From Anaeromyxobacteraceae bacterium (lineage in GTDB: Bacteria > Myxococcota > Myxococcia > Myxococcales > Anaeromyxobacteraceae), in the NCBI GenBank assembly GCA_047602405.1, contig JASGHJ010000002.1, positions 3,552,001-3,616,000 on the forward strand: DNA of 64,000 nt, in the 5' to 3' direction. Position numbers and translations under genes: made by a program. Numbering within the stretch: the first letter of the stretch is position 1; each line of letters begins with the position of its first letter. Below the pieces are notes generated by a model. That model saw only the letters and a list, made by a program, of their open reading frames with translations, ran no database searches and was not told where the DNA came from. Positions 10,095 through 19,751 of the stretch are shown piece by piece.

Positions 10095-10403
10095 ATGGCG
10101 ACGAAACGTGACGACCCGCGGCCCACCCACCACGACCCGCAGCGCGACCGGGAGCTCGAGCACCGCCGGGAGAACGAGGCGAAGGACCTGGCGGTCGAGG
10201 GCGACCACACCGAGCGCCCGCTGGAGGGGCTGTCGGGCGCCCACACCACCTGGACCGAGGAGCAGGACGACCGGCAGGCTGGCCAGGTGCACGGGCACGA
10301 CGAGGCGCGGTCGCGGCGGGCCTCCGAGGAGCAGATCCCCGGGCGCGCCCCGCAGGACCCCGACCCGCCGCTCCCGCACACCGACGCGGGCGAGGACGGG
10401 TAG
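10095..10403 (+). CDS. Small acidic hydrophilic hypothetical protein
   Basis: Host-like codon usage; MATKRDDPRP...; no family recognised. Confidence 0.6.
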   Translation: MATKRDDPRPTHHDPQRDRELEHRRENEAKDLAVEGDHTERPLEGLSGAHTTWTEEQDDRQAGQVHGHDEARSRRASEEQIPGRAPQDPDPPLPHTDAGEDG

Positions 10404-10493
10404 CACCGCGGGGCGCGCATCGTTCCGCCGGCGCACCGGCGTTTTGCGCCGGCCGCGCCTCGACGCCCGGCGTGGCCGCGTTACGTTCGCCGC

Positions 10494-11087
10494 ATGACCG
10501 CAGCCGCGCGCCGCAGCCCGGGCCACGAGATCGATCCCCTCTTCCACGAGCGCTGGTCGCCCCGCGCCTTCTCCGACGCCGAGATCCCCGTGGCGACGCT
10601 CCGCGGCCTCTTCGAGGCGGCCCGCTGGGCGCCCTCCGCCATGAACGCGCAGCCGTGGCGGTTCGTGTGGGCGCGGCGCGGGACCCCCGCGTTCGACCGG
10701 CTGCTCGCCACGCTCGCGCCCGCGAACCAGGCCTGGGCGCGCCGCGCCGCGGCGCTCGTCGCGCTCGCCTCCGCCGAGACGCTCACGGTGGCCGGCCAGG
10801 GCGCCGTCCCCTCCGCGAGCCACGCCTTCGACGCCGGCGCGGCGTGGGCGCAGCTCGCCCTGCAGGCCCACCTGTGGGGCTGGGGCACGCACGCCATCGG
10901 CGGGTTCGATCGCGCCGCGGCCGCGGAGGCGATCGGCCTGCCGGCGGCGCACCGGCTGGAGGTCGTGATCGCGATCGGGAAGCGGGGCGATCCCGGCACG
11001 CTGCCGGAGTGGGCGAAGGCGCGGGAACGGCCGAACGACAGGAAGGCCGTGGAGGAGATCGCGTTCGAGGGGACGTTTGGGGTGGCC

Positions 11088-11111
<24 letters not shown>
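10494..11111 (+). CDS. Nitroreductase family protein
   Basis: RWSPRAF, AARWAPSAMNAQPWRF, THAIGGFD. Confidence 0.9.
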
Positions 11112-11217
<106 letters not shown>

Positions 11218-11253
11218 CAGAATCCCTCCCCACATCCAGCGCCGTCCCGAGGA

Positions 11254-11511
11254 CGCCTCGCGGGGGCTCTCCGCACCGCAGGGCCCACGGCTGGCCCGCC
11301 CAAGATCGGACCGCGATCTGCACCAAGTGTGACGTGCGAGGCGGCCAGTACGCTCGCCTGCGCCAGCGCCTTGCGCCCGTCACGACGCTTCCCGCCTCGC
11401 ATGGCACACGTGGTGGTGCCGCGGCGTTCCCATTCGCGGCGACGTCTCCAGGATCCCAGACGCGGCGGGACGTTGCCTTGGGCCCGAGGAGCGGAGAGCC
11501 CCCGCGAGGCG
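11254..11511. repeat. ~260 nt quasi-palindromic intergenic element (MITE-like or structured RNA)
   Basis: Perfect 21 bp IR 11254-11274/11491-11511, imperfect continuation inward, and 24 bp inner IR 11321-11344/11392-11415 with 3 differences. Confidence 0.8.
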
Positions 11512-11549
11512 GCCCATCGAGAAACGTCACAGGAGACGGAAGAAGGGGT

Positions 11550-12167
11550 TCAGCGCGCCCGGCCGGCCGCGGCGCAGGAGACGCCGAGGCAGAGCGCGGA
11601 GCACGCGACGCCGGCCTGCGCGCGGGCGCCGAGGGCGAGCGCGACGAAGCCGGCGATCCCGGCGCCGACGAGGACGACGTCGCGGGTCCGGGAAGCGCCG
11701 GCCTTCCAGGGCAGCAGCCCGGCCGCGAGCGCCGCGACGCCGGCGCCGAGCGCGGCGACGGGCGCCGAGCGGAGGGCCGCGACGACCTCGTCCGGCCGGG
11801 ACCCGAGGAGCGCGAGCGCGACGAGGACCGCGCCGGCGGCGCCGGCGAGGACCGCCCCGGCCGCAGCGTCCTTCGCCCGGCGGGCGCCCTCGGACGGGCC
11901 GGGCGAGGCGAGGTCGACCGCGTGCTCGATCGCGGTGTTCGCCGCCTCGAGCGCGACCACCAGGGCGACGCAGAGGAGGAGGAGCGCGCGCTCGAAGGGC
12001 GTGAGCGGCGCGAGGGCCGCGACCGCGCCCGCGAGCACGCCCGCCGCGAGGTGGACCCGCAGGTTGCGGTCGCGCAGCGCACCCTCGACGAGGCCGGTCC
12101 AGGCCCAGCCGAAGCTCGCGGCGAAGGCGGCGAGGCCGCCGGCCGGGCGAGGCGCCGGGCCGCTCAC
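11550..12167 (-). CDS. Diacylglycerol/undecaprenol kinase (DgkA family) with C-terminal membrane extension
   Basis: SFGWAWTGL, DRNLRVH, LEAANTAIEHAVDL, AKDAAAGAVL. Confidence 0.8.
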   Translation of the reverse strand: MSGPAPRPAGGLAAFAASFGWAWTGLVEGALRDRNLRVHLAAGVLAGAVAALAPLTPFERALLLLCVALVVALEAANTAIEHAVDLASPGPSEGARRAKDAAAGAVLAGAAGAVLVALALLGSRPDEVVAALRSAPVAALGAGVAALAAGLLPWKAGASRTRDVVLVGAGIAGFVALALGARAQAGVACSALCLGVSCAAAGRAR

Positions 12168-13150
12168 ACGTTCTGCGAGAGGATGAGGTGCACGTACTGG
12201 GCGCGCTCGAACGCGCCCGGATCGCTCACGGCCTTCTGCGAGAGCGTGCCGCGGACCTCCTCGAGCGTCGAGGCGCCGCGCCGGTCGAGCCACTCCTCCA
12301 TCCCGGTGATGATCTTCCCGAGGTGGGGGATGCCGTTCTTCATGAGCGCCGAGGCGAGCTGGACCACCTGCGCGCCCGCCAGGAGCTGCTTCAGCACGCC
12401 CTGGGCGTCGTAGACCCCGGTGGTCGCCGCGAGGTGCGCCTTCACGCGGCCGTGGAGGATGCCGATCCAGCGGAGCGGCACGAGCGCCTCCGCGGAGGAC
12501 GAGAGGGTCATCGCCGCGTGCGCCGACATCTTCTCGAGGGAGATGTCCGGCTGCAGGAAGCGGTTGAAGAGCACGAGCGCGTTCACGCCCTGCCGGTCGA
12601 GCTGGGCGGCGAAGTGCCCGAGCGAGGTGAAGTACGGCGAGAGCTTCACCGCGACGGGGATCTTCAGGCCGGCGCGGATCGCGCCGACGATCTCGAGGTA
12701 GCGGGCCTCGACCTCGGCGGCGGAGCGCTCCATGTCCGCCTCGACCGCGTAGAGGTTCACCTCGAGCGCGTCGGCGCCGGCCTGCTCGATCTCCTTCGCG
12801 TAGCCGGTCCAGCTGCCCGGCTCGGAGCAGTTGAGCGACGCGATGACGGGGATGGAGAGCGCGCGCTTGGCCTTCTCGACGAGCGAGAGGTAGTCGTGCG
12901 GGCCGACCCGCTGCGGCGGGAAGTAGGTGCGGGCCTCGGGGTTCTGGTCGGCGCCGCGGGCGAGCTCCTCCTCGAGGGCGGTGTTCTCGCTCTCGAGCTG
13001 CTCCTCGAAGAGCGACCGCAGCACGACCGCGCCGGCCCCGTGGGCCTCGGCGAGCTCGAGGTTCTCGATGCGGTTGGACAGCGCGGAGCTCGCGAGCACC
13101 AGCGGGCTCGGAAGCGCGAGGCCCATGTACTCCGTCACCATGTCCGCCAT
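12164..13150 (-). CDS. Dihydroorotate dehydrogenase-like flavoprotein
   Basis: YMGLALPSPLVLAS, GAGAVVLRSLFEEQ, PVAVKLSPYF, LFNRFLQPDI. Confidence 0.85.
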   Translation of the reverse strand: MADMVTEYMGLALPSPLVLASSALSNRIENLELAEAHGAGAVVLRSLFEEQLESENTALEEELARGADQNPEARTYFPPQRVGPHDYLSLVEKAKRALSIPVIASLNCSEPGSWTGYAKEIEQAGADALEVNLYAVEADMERSAAEVEARYLEIVGAIRAGLKIPVAVKLSPYFTSLGHFAAQLDRQGVNALVLFNRFLQPDISLEKMSAHAAMTLSSSAEALVPLRWIGILHGRVKAHLAATTGVYDAQGVLKQLLAGAQVVQLASALMKNGIPHLGKIITGMEEWLDRRGASTLEEVRGTLSQKAVSDPGAFERAQYVHLILSQNV

Positions 13151-13241
13151 GTAGGTCGCCTCCCCGTCGTTGGCTGAGCCGTCATACCCAACCCGCGCGG
13201 GGCTCGCCACTTCAAACGCGCCTCCTATGCTCCCGGTCGCC

Positions 13242-13727
13242 ATGCCCGAACGACACCTGCTCGAGCGCGTCCAGCTCATCCCGAGACCCCGTCGCGAGGT
13301 GTTCCCGTTCTTCGCCGACGCCCGCAACCTGGAGCGGATCACCCCGCCGTGGCTGCGGTTTCGCATCGTGACCGACGGCGACATCCCGATGGCCCCGGGC
13401 ACCCTCATCGACTACCGGCTCTCGCTCCACGGCCTCCCCTTCTCCTGGCGGACGCGCATCGAGCGGTTCGAGCCGGGGGTCGCCTTCGTCGACCGCCAGG
13501 TGCGCGGGCCGTATCGGCTGTGGCACCACACCCACGCCTTCGAGGACGCGCCCGGCGGCGCGACCCGCATGACGGACCGCGTCGAGTACGAGCTGCCCAT
13601 GGGGCCGCTCGGCTCGGTCGCCCACGCGGCCTTCGTGCGCCGCGCGCTCGCGCGGATCTTCGACTACCGCCGCGACGCGGTGGCTCGGGCGCTCGCGCCG
13701 GAGGTCACCGCGGCGGCCGCACCGTGA
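13242..13727 (+). CDS. SRPBCC family protein
   Basis: VFPFFADARNLERITPPWL, FVDRQVRGPYRLWHHTHAF, IFDYRR. Confidence 0.85.
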   Translation: MPERHLLERVQLIPRPRREVFPFFADARNLERITPPWLRFRIVTDGDIPMAPGTLIDYRLSLHGLPFSWRTRIERFEPGVAFVDRQVRGPYRLWHHTHAFEDAPGGATRMTDRVEYELPMGPLGSVAHAAFVRRALARIFDYRRDAVARALAPEVTAAAAP

Positions 13728-14161
13728 GCACCGCGCACGGCGCCCGGCGCACGACGCGCTCCGCGACCGAGCCGAGGAGCGCGTGCTCGAGGAGGCCGGA
13801 GCGCCCGTGCGTGCCGAGGACGAGGAGGTCCACGCCGTTCGCCTTCGCGTGCGCGACGATCTCGTGCGCGGGCTCGCCGACGGCGGTGACGCCGCGCACG
13901 CCCGCGGCGCCGAGCCCCTCGGCGTCCTTCCTCCAGGCCTCGAGGTGGCGGGTCGCGCCCTCGGCGAGCTCCTGCATCATCGCGGGGCTCGCGACGACCG
14001 AGCCGTCGGGGAACGTGTAGCCCGGCACCGGGTAGGCGTGGAGCACGGTGAGCTCCGCGCCGCGCTCTCGGGCGAGGTCGGCCGCGACCTCCAGCGCGGC
14101 CCGCGAGGCGTCGGAGAAGTCCACGCAGCAGCAGAATCCGCTTCCAGTTCGCGGCGGCCAT
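13705..14161 (-). CDS. Universal stress protein (UspA family); +1 frameshift at ~14136
   Basis: Corrected MAAANWKRICCCVDFSDASR; DLLVLGTHGRSG, LLGSVAERVVRRAPCAVLTVR. Confidence 0.85.
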
Positions 14162-14251
14162 GCCCCGATTCTAGGCCCGCGGGGCGCCGGTGGGCCTCCC
14201 GTCAGGGGGCGCACCCGCGCACAGGCCCATCGGAGTTAGGATGCCCGGCCC

Positions 14252-15166
14252 GTGTCCTCATCCCCCCGTCCTCCCGCCGCGCGGCCCGGCGCAGGCCTCC
14301 TCTACGCGGTCGTGGCCTACGGTCTCTGGGGCCTGCTCCCCCTCTACTTCCACGCCATGCCGCGCGTGGGGGCGCTCGAGATCCTCGCGCACCGGATCGT
14401 GAACTCGGCGGTGCTGCTCGCGCTCGTGCTCGCGGTGACGCGCGGCCGGGAGGGCTTCCGCCGGCTCCGCGGGATGCCGCCGCGCGCGCTCGCGGCGACG
14501 ACCGTGCTCATCGCCGTGAACTGGGGGCTCTACATCTGGGCGGTGCAGGCGGGGCGCACGCTGGAGGCGAGCCTCGGCTACTTCGTGAACCCGCTCGTCA
14601 ACGTGGCGCTCGGCGTCGGGCTCCTCGGCGAGCGGCTCCGGCCCCGCCAGCGGGCGGCGTTCGCGGTCGCGACCGTGGGCGTCCTGGTGCTGGTCGTCGC
14701 GACGCGGACGGTGCCGTGGATCGCGCTCGCGCTCGCGGGCTCGTTCGGCCTGTACGGCCTCATCCGCAAGCAGGCGGACGTCGAGCCGATGGGCGGGCTG
14801 TTCGCCGAGACGGCGCTCCTCGCCCCGCCCGCGCTCGCCCTCCTCGGCTGGCTCGCCGCGCACGGCGAGGGGGCCCTGGGCCGCGACGCGAGGGAGACCG
14901 GGCTCCTGCTCCTCGCGGGCGTCATCACCTCGGTGCCGCTGCTCGCGTTCGGCGCCGCGGTCCGCCTCCTGCGCCTGTCGACCCTCGGCGTCCTGCAGTA
15001 CCTCGCGCCCACCGGCCAGTTCCTGGTGGCGGTGTTCGTGTTCGGGGAGCCCTTCGGCGCCGCGCGCGCGGTCGCCTTCGGCTTCATCTGGACCGCGCTC
15101 GGGCTCTACACCTGGGACGCAATCGTTGCCGCCCGCCCCGCGGTTCCCGCCGTCGCGGCGGAATGA
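14252..15166 (+). CDS. rarD: RarD EamA-family transporter
   Basis: AYGLWGLLPLYF, EILAHRI, EASLGYFVNPL, LGVLQYLAPT. Confidence 0.9.
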   Translation: MSSSPRPPAARPGAGLLYAVVAYGLWGLLPLYFHAMPRVGALEILAHRIVNSAVLLALVLAVTRGREGFRRLRGMPPRALAATTVLIAVNWGLYIWAVQAGRTLEASLGYFVNPLVNVALGVGLLGERLRPRQRAAFAVATVGVLVLVVATRTVPWIALALAGSFGLYGLIRKQADVEPMGGLFAETALLAPPALALLGWLAAHGEGALGRDARETGLLLLAGVITSVPLLAFGAAVRLLRLSTLGVLQYLAPTGQFLVAVFVFGEPFGAARAVAFGFIWTALGLYTWDAIVAARPAVPAVAAE

Positions 15167-15270
15167 CGCGCGAGCCTTGCGCGCACCCGCGGTCGCGCGA
15201 AAGAGGCGTTGACCGCGAGGGAATGACCATCGCCCGTGGGGGTTGAACCGCGGGGGCTCGACCGACTACG

Positions 15271-16374
15271 GTGCGCCCGCTGGAGCGAACCGTGCCACCG
15301 AACGCCGTGCCCTCGAGCAGCCCGCTGAACGTCGTCCAGGATCCACCCGGACCCTCCGTGAAGCCGTCCCCCGCGCCCGTGCGCGAGGGGCTCGCGCCGG
15401 GGATGGGCCGCGTCCGCCTGGCGGTGCAGGCCGCCTACGCCGCCTTCCTCGTGCTCGTCGGGCTCGAGTTCGCGCGCTTCGTGTCGCAGGCGGTCGCCGA
15501 GGGCCCCCTCACCGCGCCGCGGCCGCCGGCGGTCGAGGCGTTCCTGCCCATCGCCGCGCTGCTCGGCCTGAAGCGCTTCCTCCTCACGCGCTACTGGGAC
15601 GAGATCCACCCCGCCGGCCTCACCATCCTCGTCGCGGCGCTCCTCACCGCGTTCGTGGCGCGCAAGGCGTTCTGCTCCTGGGTCTGCCCGGTGGGGCTCG
15701 CCTCGCGCGCGCTCGAGTGGGTGGGCAAGAAGACGCTCTGGCGCCGCCGCTGGCCCGCGCCGCCGGCCTGGATCGACCTCCCGCTCACCGCGACGAAGTA
15801 CGTGCTCCTCGGCTTCTTCGCCTGGACCGTCGCGACGATGCCGCTCGAGGGCATCATCGGGTTCCTGCAGGCGCCCTACAACATCGCCGCCGACGCGAAG
15901 ATGCTCGACCTCTTCCGCGCGCCGTCGACCACCACGCTCGTCGTGCTCGCCGTCCTCGCCGCCCTGTCGCTGCTCGTGAAGAGCGCCTGGTGCCGCTGGC
16001 TCTGCCCGTACGGCGCGCTCCTCGGGCTCGCGAGCCTCGCCTCGCCGCTCGCCGTGCGGCGCGACCCCGACGTCTGCAACGACTGCCGGGCCTGCACGCG
16101 CGCCTGCCCGTCGGGCATCGTGGTGCACGAGAAGCGGCGCGTCTGGTCGCCCGAGTGCACGGGCTGCCTCTCCTGCGTCCAGGCCTGCACGACGAAGGAC
16201 GCCATCGGCCTCTCCCTGCCCGGCCGCCGCCGCGTGTCGCCGTGGGTGCTGCCCGCGGCCGCGCTGTCGGTCATGGTCGGCGCCTGGGCGGTCGCGCGCG
16301 CCACGGGCTTCTGGGAGACCGCGCTCCCCGCCGAGGCGTTTCGGATGGCCTACCGGATCCTGGGCGTCGGGTAG
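15271..16374 (+). CDS. NapH/YccM-like membrane 4Fe-4S binding protein; start uncertain
   Basis: VEAFLPI, FCSWVCPVG, WCRWLCPYG, CNDCRACTRACP, CTGCLSCVQAC. Confidence 0.85.
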   Translation: MRPLERTVPPNAVPSSSPLNVVQDPPGPSVKPSPAPVREGLAPGMGRVRLAVQAAYAAFLVLVGLEFARFVSQAVAEGPLTAPRPPAVEAFLPIAALLGLKRFLLTRYWDEIHPAGLTILVAALLTAFVARKAFCSWVCPVGLASRALEWVGKKTLWRRRWPAPPAWIDLPLTATKYVLLGFFAWTVATMPLEGIIGFLQAPYNIAADAKMLDLFRAPSTTTLVVLAVLAALSLLVKSAWCRWLCPYGALLGLASLASPLAVRRDPDVCNDCRACTRACPSGIVVHEKRRVWSPECTGCLSCVQACTTKDAIGLSLPGRRRVSPWVLPAAALSVMVGAWAVARATGFWETALPAEAFRMAYRILGVG

Positions 16375-16514
16375 CCAGCGGGACCTCGCCCGAGCCCCCC
16401 GCGGGTTCGGCCCGGGGGATGCGCCCGGCCGGCACGCCCCGGATTCGCCGTCGCGCGGCCCCTTGCGGTCCGGCGCGCGCGGACCTTCGATGGGGACGTT
16501 CCCCGGAGGCGCCC

Positions 16515-16985
16515 ATGATCCCCGACCGCATCGACCGGTACCTGCGCGACCGCGAGCTGCCCTACGTCCACTCCGTCCACATGCGCGCCGTGGCGGCGCA
16601 GCGGCTGGCGCACGCGGAGCACGTCACCGGCGACCGGATCGCGAAGCCGGTGGTGGTGAGCCTCGACGGCCGGCTCGCGCTCGCGGTGGTGAGCGCCTCG
16701 CAGCACGTGGACGTCGAGGCGCTGCGGCGGGTGACCGGCGCCCGCGTCGCCCGGCTCGCGCCGGAGGACGCCTTCGTCGGGCGGTTCGACCCGTGCGAGG
16801 CCGGCGCCGAGCCGGCGCTCGGCCTCTTCGGGCTGCCGCTCTTCGTCGACGGCGAGCTCGCGCGCGAGCCGTGGCTCGTGATGCGCGCGGGCACGCACGA
16901 GGACGCCATCACGGTGGACACCGCCGCCTGGATCTCGGCCGAGGCGCCGACCCCGGTGGACGGCCTGGGCCGATCGCTCAACTGA
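16515..16985 (+). CDS. YbaK/EbsC aminoacyl-tRNA deacylase family protein
   Basis: GGAGG RBS; AKPVVV, CEAGAEPALG, AGTHEDAI. Confidence 0.8.
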   Translation: MIPDRIDRYLRDRELPYVHSVHMRAVAAQRLAHAEHVTGDRIAKPVVVSLDGRLALAVVSASQHVDVEALRRVTGARVARLAPEDAFVGRFDPCEAGAEPALGLFGLPLFVDGELAREPWLVMRAGTHEDAITVDTAAWISAEAPTPVDGLGRSLN

Positions 16986-18297
16986 ACAGGAGCTCGCGCA
17001 CCGGCCGCGCGCCGCGCTCGGCGATGTCGCCGGCGAGCGTCGCCGCCGCGAGCCGGCACCCGCAGGACGTCACGAACGCGAGGTCGACCGCGTGCGCCGG
17101 GCCGCGGCCGAGCGAGGTCGCGGCGACCGGGAGCGCCGCCAGCACCGCGCCCGAGGCCGCCGTGGCGGCCCCCCACGCGAGCCCGCCCGCCATCGAGAAG
17201 GCCGCGAGGTAGTACGGCCGGCCGCGTCGCGGGGAGACCGCGAGCGGGGCCGCGAACGCGGCGAGCCCGTGGCCGCTCCAGGCGATGCCCCCGAGCGGCG
17301 CGTCGATGAAGAGCGGCCACAGCCGGTCCGGGCCGACGAGGAGCCACCCGAGGGGCAGCAGGCCGAGCGCGACCGAGCACGTGAGGAGGACCGGCCGCGC
17401 GCCCAGGCGGTCGATGGCCCGGCCCCAGAGCGGCGCCGCGAGCACCCGCGCCGAGGCCGCCCCGGCGCCGTGCAGCGCCACCACCGTGAAGCCCGCGCCG
17501 ACGTTCTTCACGAGGTGCCAGGTGAAGCACGCCGCCGAGAGCCCCACCGCGCCGTTCCAGGCCACCTGGTAGACGAGGAGCCCGCGCGCGTCGGGGTCGG
17601 AGAGCGGCCGGAGCGCGGCGCCGAGCGTGGTCTCCCCGGGCCCGGCGCCGCCGGGATCGCGCTGCCGGGCGAGCAGGAGGACGGTCGCCGCGCCGAAGGC
17701 CGAGGCGGCGAGCGTGAGCAGGGAGAGCGCGAGCTCCGAGCGCCCGCGCGACGCCGCGCCGTCGAGCGCGAGACCCACCGCGAGCCCCGCGGCGGTGGCG
17801 CAGCCGGTGAGCGCCGCGGTGCGCAGGCCGAAGTACCGGCCGCGCAGCCGGGCGGGGACGAGCTCGCCCATCCAGGCGGTCCAGGCGTTCCCCCCGGCGA
17901 CCCCGAGCACGGCGGAGCTGCCCGCGACCGCGACGAGGAGCGCGCGGGCGGCCTCCGGGCCGAGCCCGAGGCCGGGGACGAGGAGCAGCGGGAGCACCGC
18001 CTGGCGCGAGAGCCCGAGCGTCACGAGCGCGACCCGCCGGCGCCCGAAGCGGGCGGAGAGCCACGCGGCGGGGAGCTGGGCGCAGGTCGCGAACTGCGGG
18101 AGCGCCGTGACGAGCGCGACCACGAAGGCGGAGGCGCCGAGGTGGAGCGCCCAGGCGGTGAGCACGGTCGGGCCGGCGCACGCGGAGAAGAGCTCGGCGA
18201 CGACGCCCTCGGCGGTGGATGCGGCGAGGGAGCCCCGCACCGAGGTGAAGCGCCGCGCCGGGTGCGTGCCCGCCGGCCGCGGCGAGGCCGAGGACAT
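16978..18297 (-). CDS. MFS transporter
   Basis: Many transmembrane helices; WMGELVPARLRGRYFG, WGRAIDRLGARPVL. Confidence 0.8.
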   Translation of the reverse strand: MSSASPRPAGTHPARRFTSVRGSLAASTAEGVVAELFSACAGPTVLTAWALHLGASAFVVALVTALPQFATCAQLPAAWLSARFGRRRVALVTLGLSRQAVLPLLLVPGLGLGPEAARALLVAVAGSSAVLGVAGGNAWTAWMGELVPARLRGRYFGLRTAALTGCATAAGLAVGLALDGAASRGRSELALSLLTLAASAFGAATVLLLARQRDPGGAGPGETTLGAALRPLSDPDARGLLVYQVAWNGAVGLSAACFTWHLVKNVGAGFTVVALHGAGAASARVLAAPLWGRAIDRLGARPVLLTCSVALGLLPLGWLLVGPDRLWPLFIDAPLGGIAWSGHGLAAFAAPLAVSPRRGRPYYLAAFSMAGGLAWGAATAASGAVLAALPVAATSLGRGPAHAVDLAFVTSCGCRLAAATLAGDIAERGARPVRELLFS

Positions 18298-18369
18298 GCC
18301 GCGGACCCTCTCACGCGGCGTGAGGAGGAGTCGAGGCGCGCCGGACCTACCCCGTCGCTCGACGGTGCG

Positions 18370-18849
18370 TCACGGCCGCCGCTTCTCGTAGGTGCCGTGC
18401 ATCCGCGCCTCGGCGAGCACGTGGCCCTCCATCGCCGCGAGGAGCGCGGCCTTGGTCGGCCGGCCCAGGTCGCCGAGCGGCGCGTCGAGCGCGAAGAGCT
18501 TGAACCAGTAGCGGTGCCGGCCGATCGGCGGGCACGGGCCGCCGTAGCGGGTCCGGTGGAAGTCGTTCGTGCCCTCGCGCGCGCCGGCGGGCAGCGCCGC
18601 GGGGTCGACGCCCTCGGCGAGCCCGGCGCAGTCGGACGGCAGGTCGTAGACGAGCCAGTGCACCCAGGTCATCTTCGGCGCGGCGGGGTCCGGCGCGTCG
18701 GGATCGTCAACCACGAGCGCGAGGCTGCGCGTGCCGGCCGGCGCGCCCTCGAAGGCGAGCGCCGGGGACCGGTCGCCGCCCTGGCAGGTGTGGGCGCGCG
18801 GGATCTCGGCGCCGTCGGCGAACGCGGTCGAGCGGATGGCGAAGCCCAT
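18370..18849 (-). CDS. YbhB/YbcL (PEBP, Raf kinase inhibitor-like) protein
   Basis: DDPDAPDP, WVHW, YGGPCPPIGRHRY. Confidence 0.9.
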   Translation of the reverse strand: MGFAIRSTAFADGAEIPRAHTCQGGDRSPALAFEGAPAGTRSLALVVDDPDAPDPAAPKMTWVHWLVYDLPSDCAGLAEGVDPAALPAGAREGTNDFHRTRYGGPCPPIGRHRYWFKLFALDAPLGDLGRPTKAALLAAMEGHVLAEARMHGTYEKRRP

Positions 18850-18941
18850 GGGTACCCCTCTCCGGTTCGCAGCCCGGCGGGAGTGTAGCGCCGCGCGCCG
18901 CCGGTTGGCGGTCCGGAGGGGGTACCGCTACACTCCGCCGC

Positions 18942-19704
18942 GTGCGCGTCCTGCTCTCGAACGACGATGGGGTCCACGCCGCGGGGATCCGCGCCCTCTC
19001 CGAGGCGTTCGAGGGCGACGAGATCTCGGATCGTCGCACCGGACCGCGAGCAGTCGGCCTCGTCCCACGCGATCTCGCTCCACCGGCCGCTGCGGATGCA
19101 GGAGCTCGGCCCGCGGACGTTCGCGGTCGACGGCACGCCCACCGACGCGGTCTACATGGGGCTCAACCACGTCCTGCGCGGCCGGCGCCCCGACGTGGTC
19201 GTCTCGGGCGTGAACCACGGGCCGAACCTCGCGAACGACGTCCTCTACTCGGGGACCGTCGCCGCGGCCATGGAGGGGGCGCTCCTCGGCGTGAACGCGG
19301 TCGCGGTCTCGCTCGCGTCCCCGCCCCCGCACGACTTCCGGGAGGCGGCCCGCTTCGCCGCGGCGCTCGCCCGCGCGCTCGTCGCCGCCGCGCCGCCGGC
19401 CTCGCTGCTCCTCAACGTGAACGTCCCGCCCGGCCCGGTGCGCGGCTACCGCTTCACGCCGCTCGGCCGGCGCACCTACGGCAGCGAGGTCATCGTGAAG
19501 CACGACCCGCGCGGCCGGCCGTACTACTGGATCGGCGGCGAGGGCGGCCCGGTGAACGAGGACATCCCGGGCTCCGACTGCAACACGGTGGCGGAGGGGC
19601 TCGTCGCCGTGTCGCCGCTCCACCTCGACTCGACCCACCACGCGGTGCTCGAGGGGCTGCGCAGCCTGGCGGTGCCGGGCTACGCGAAGGAGCCCCGCCC
19701 TTGA
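18942..19704 (+). CDS. surE: 5'/3'-nucleotidase SurE; +1 frameshift at ~19027
   Basis: MRVLLSNDDG in one frame, then IVAPDREQSASSH, GTPTD, SGVNHGPN, YSGTVAAAMEG in the next. Confidence 0.9.
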
Positions 19705-19751
19705 GGCTGCCGGGGGTGGGGCCCGGTGGGGCCGGGCTCCACGGGGCGGGG

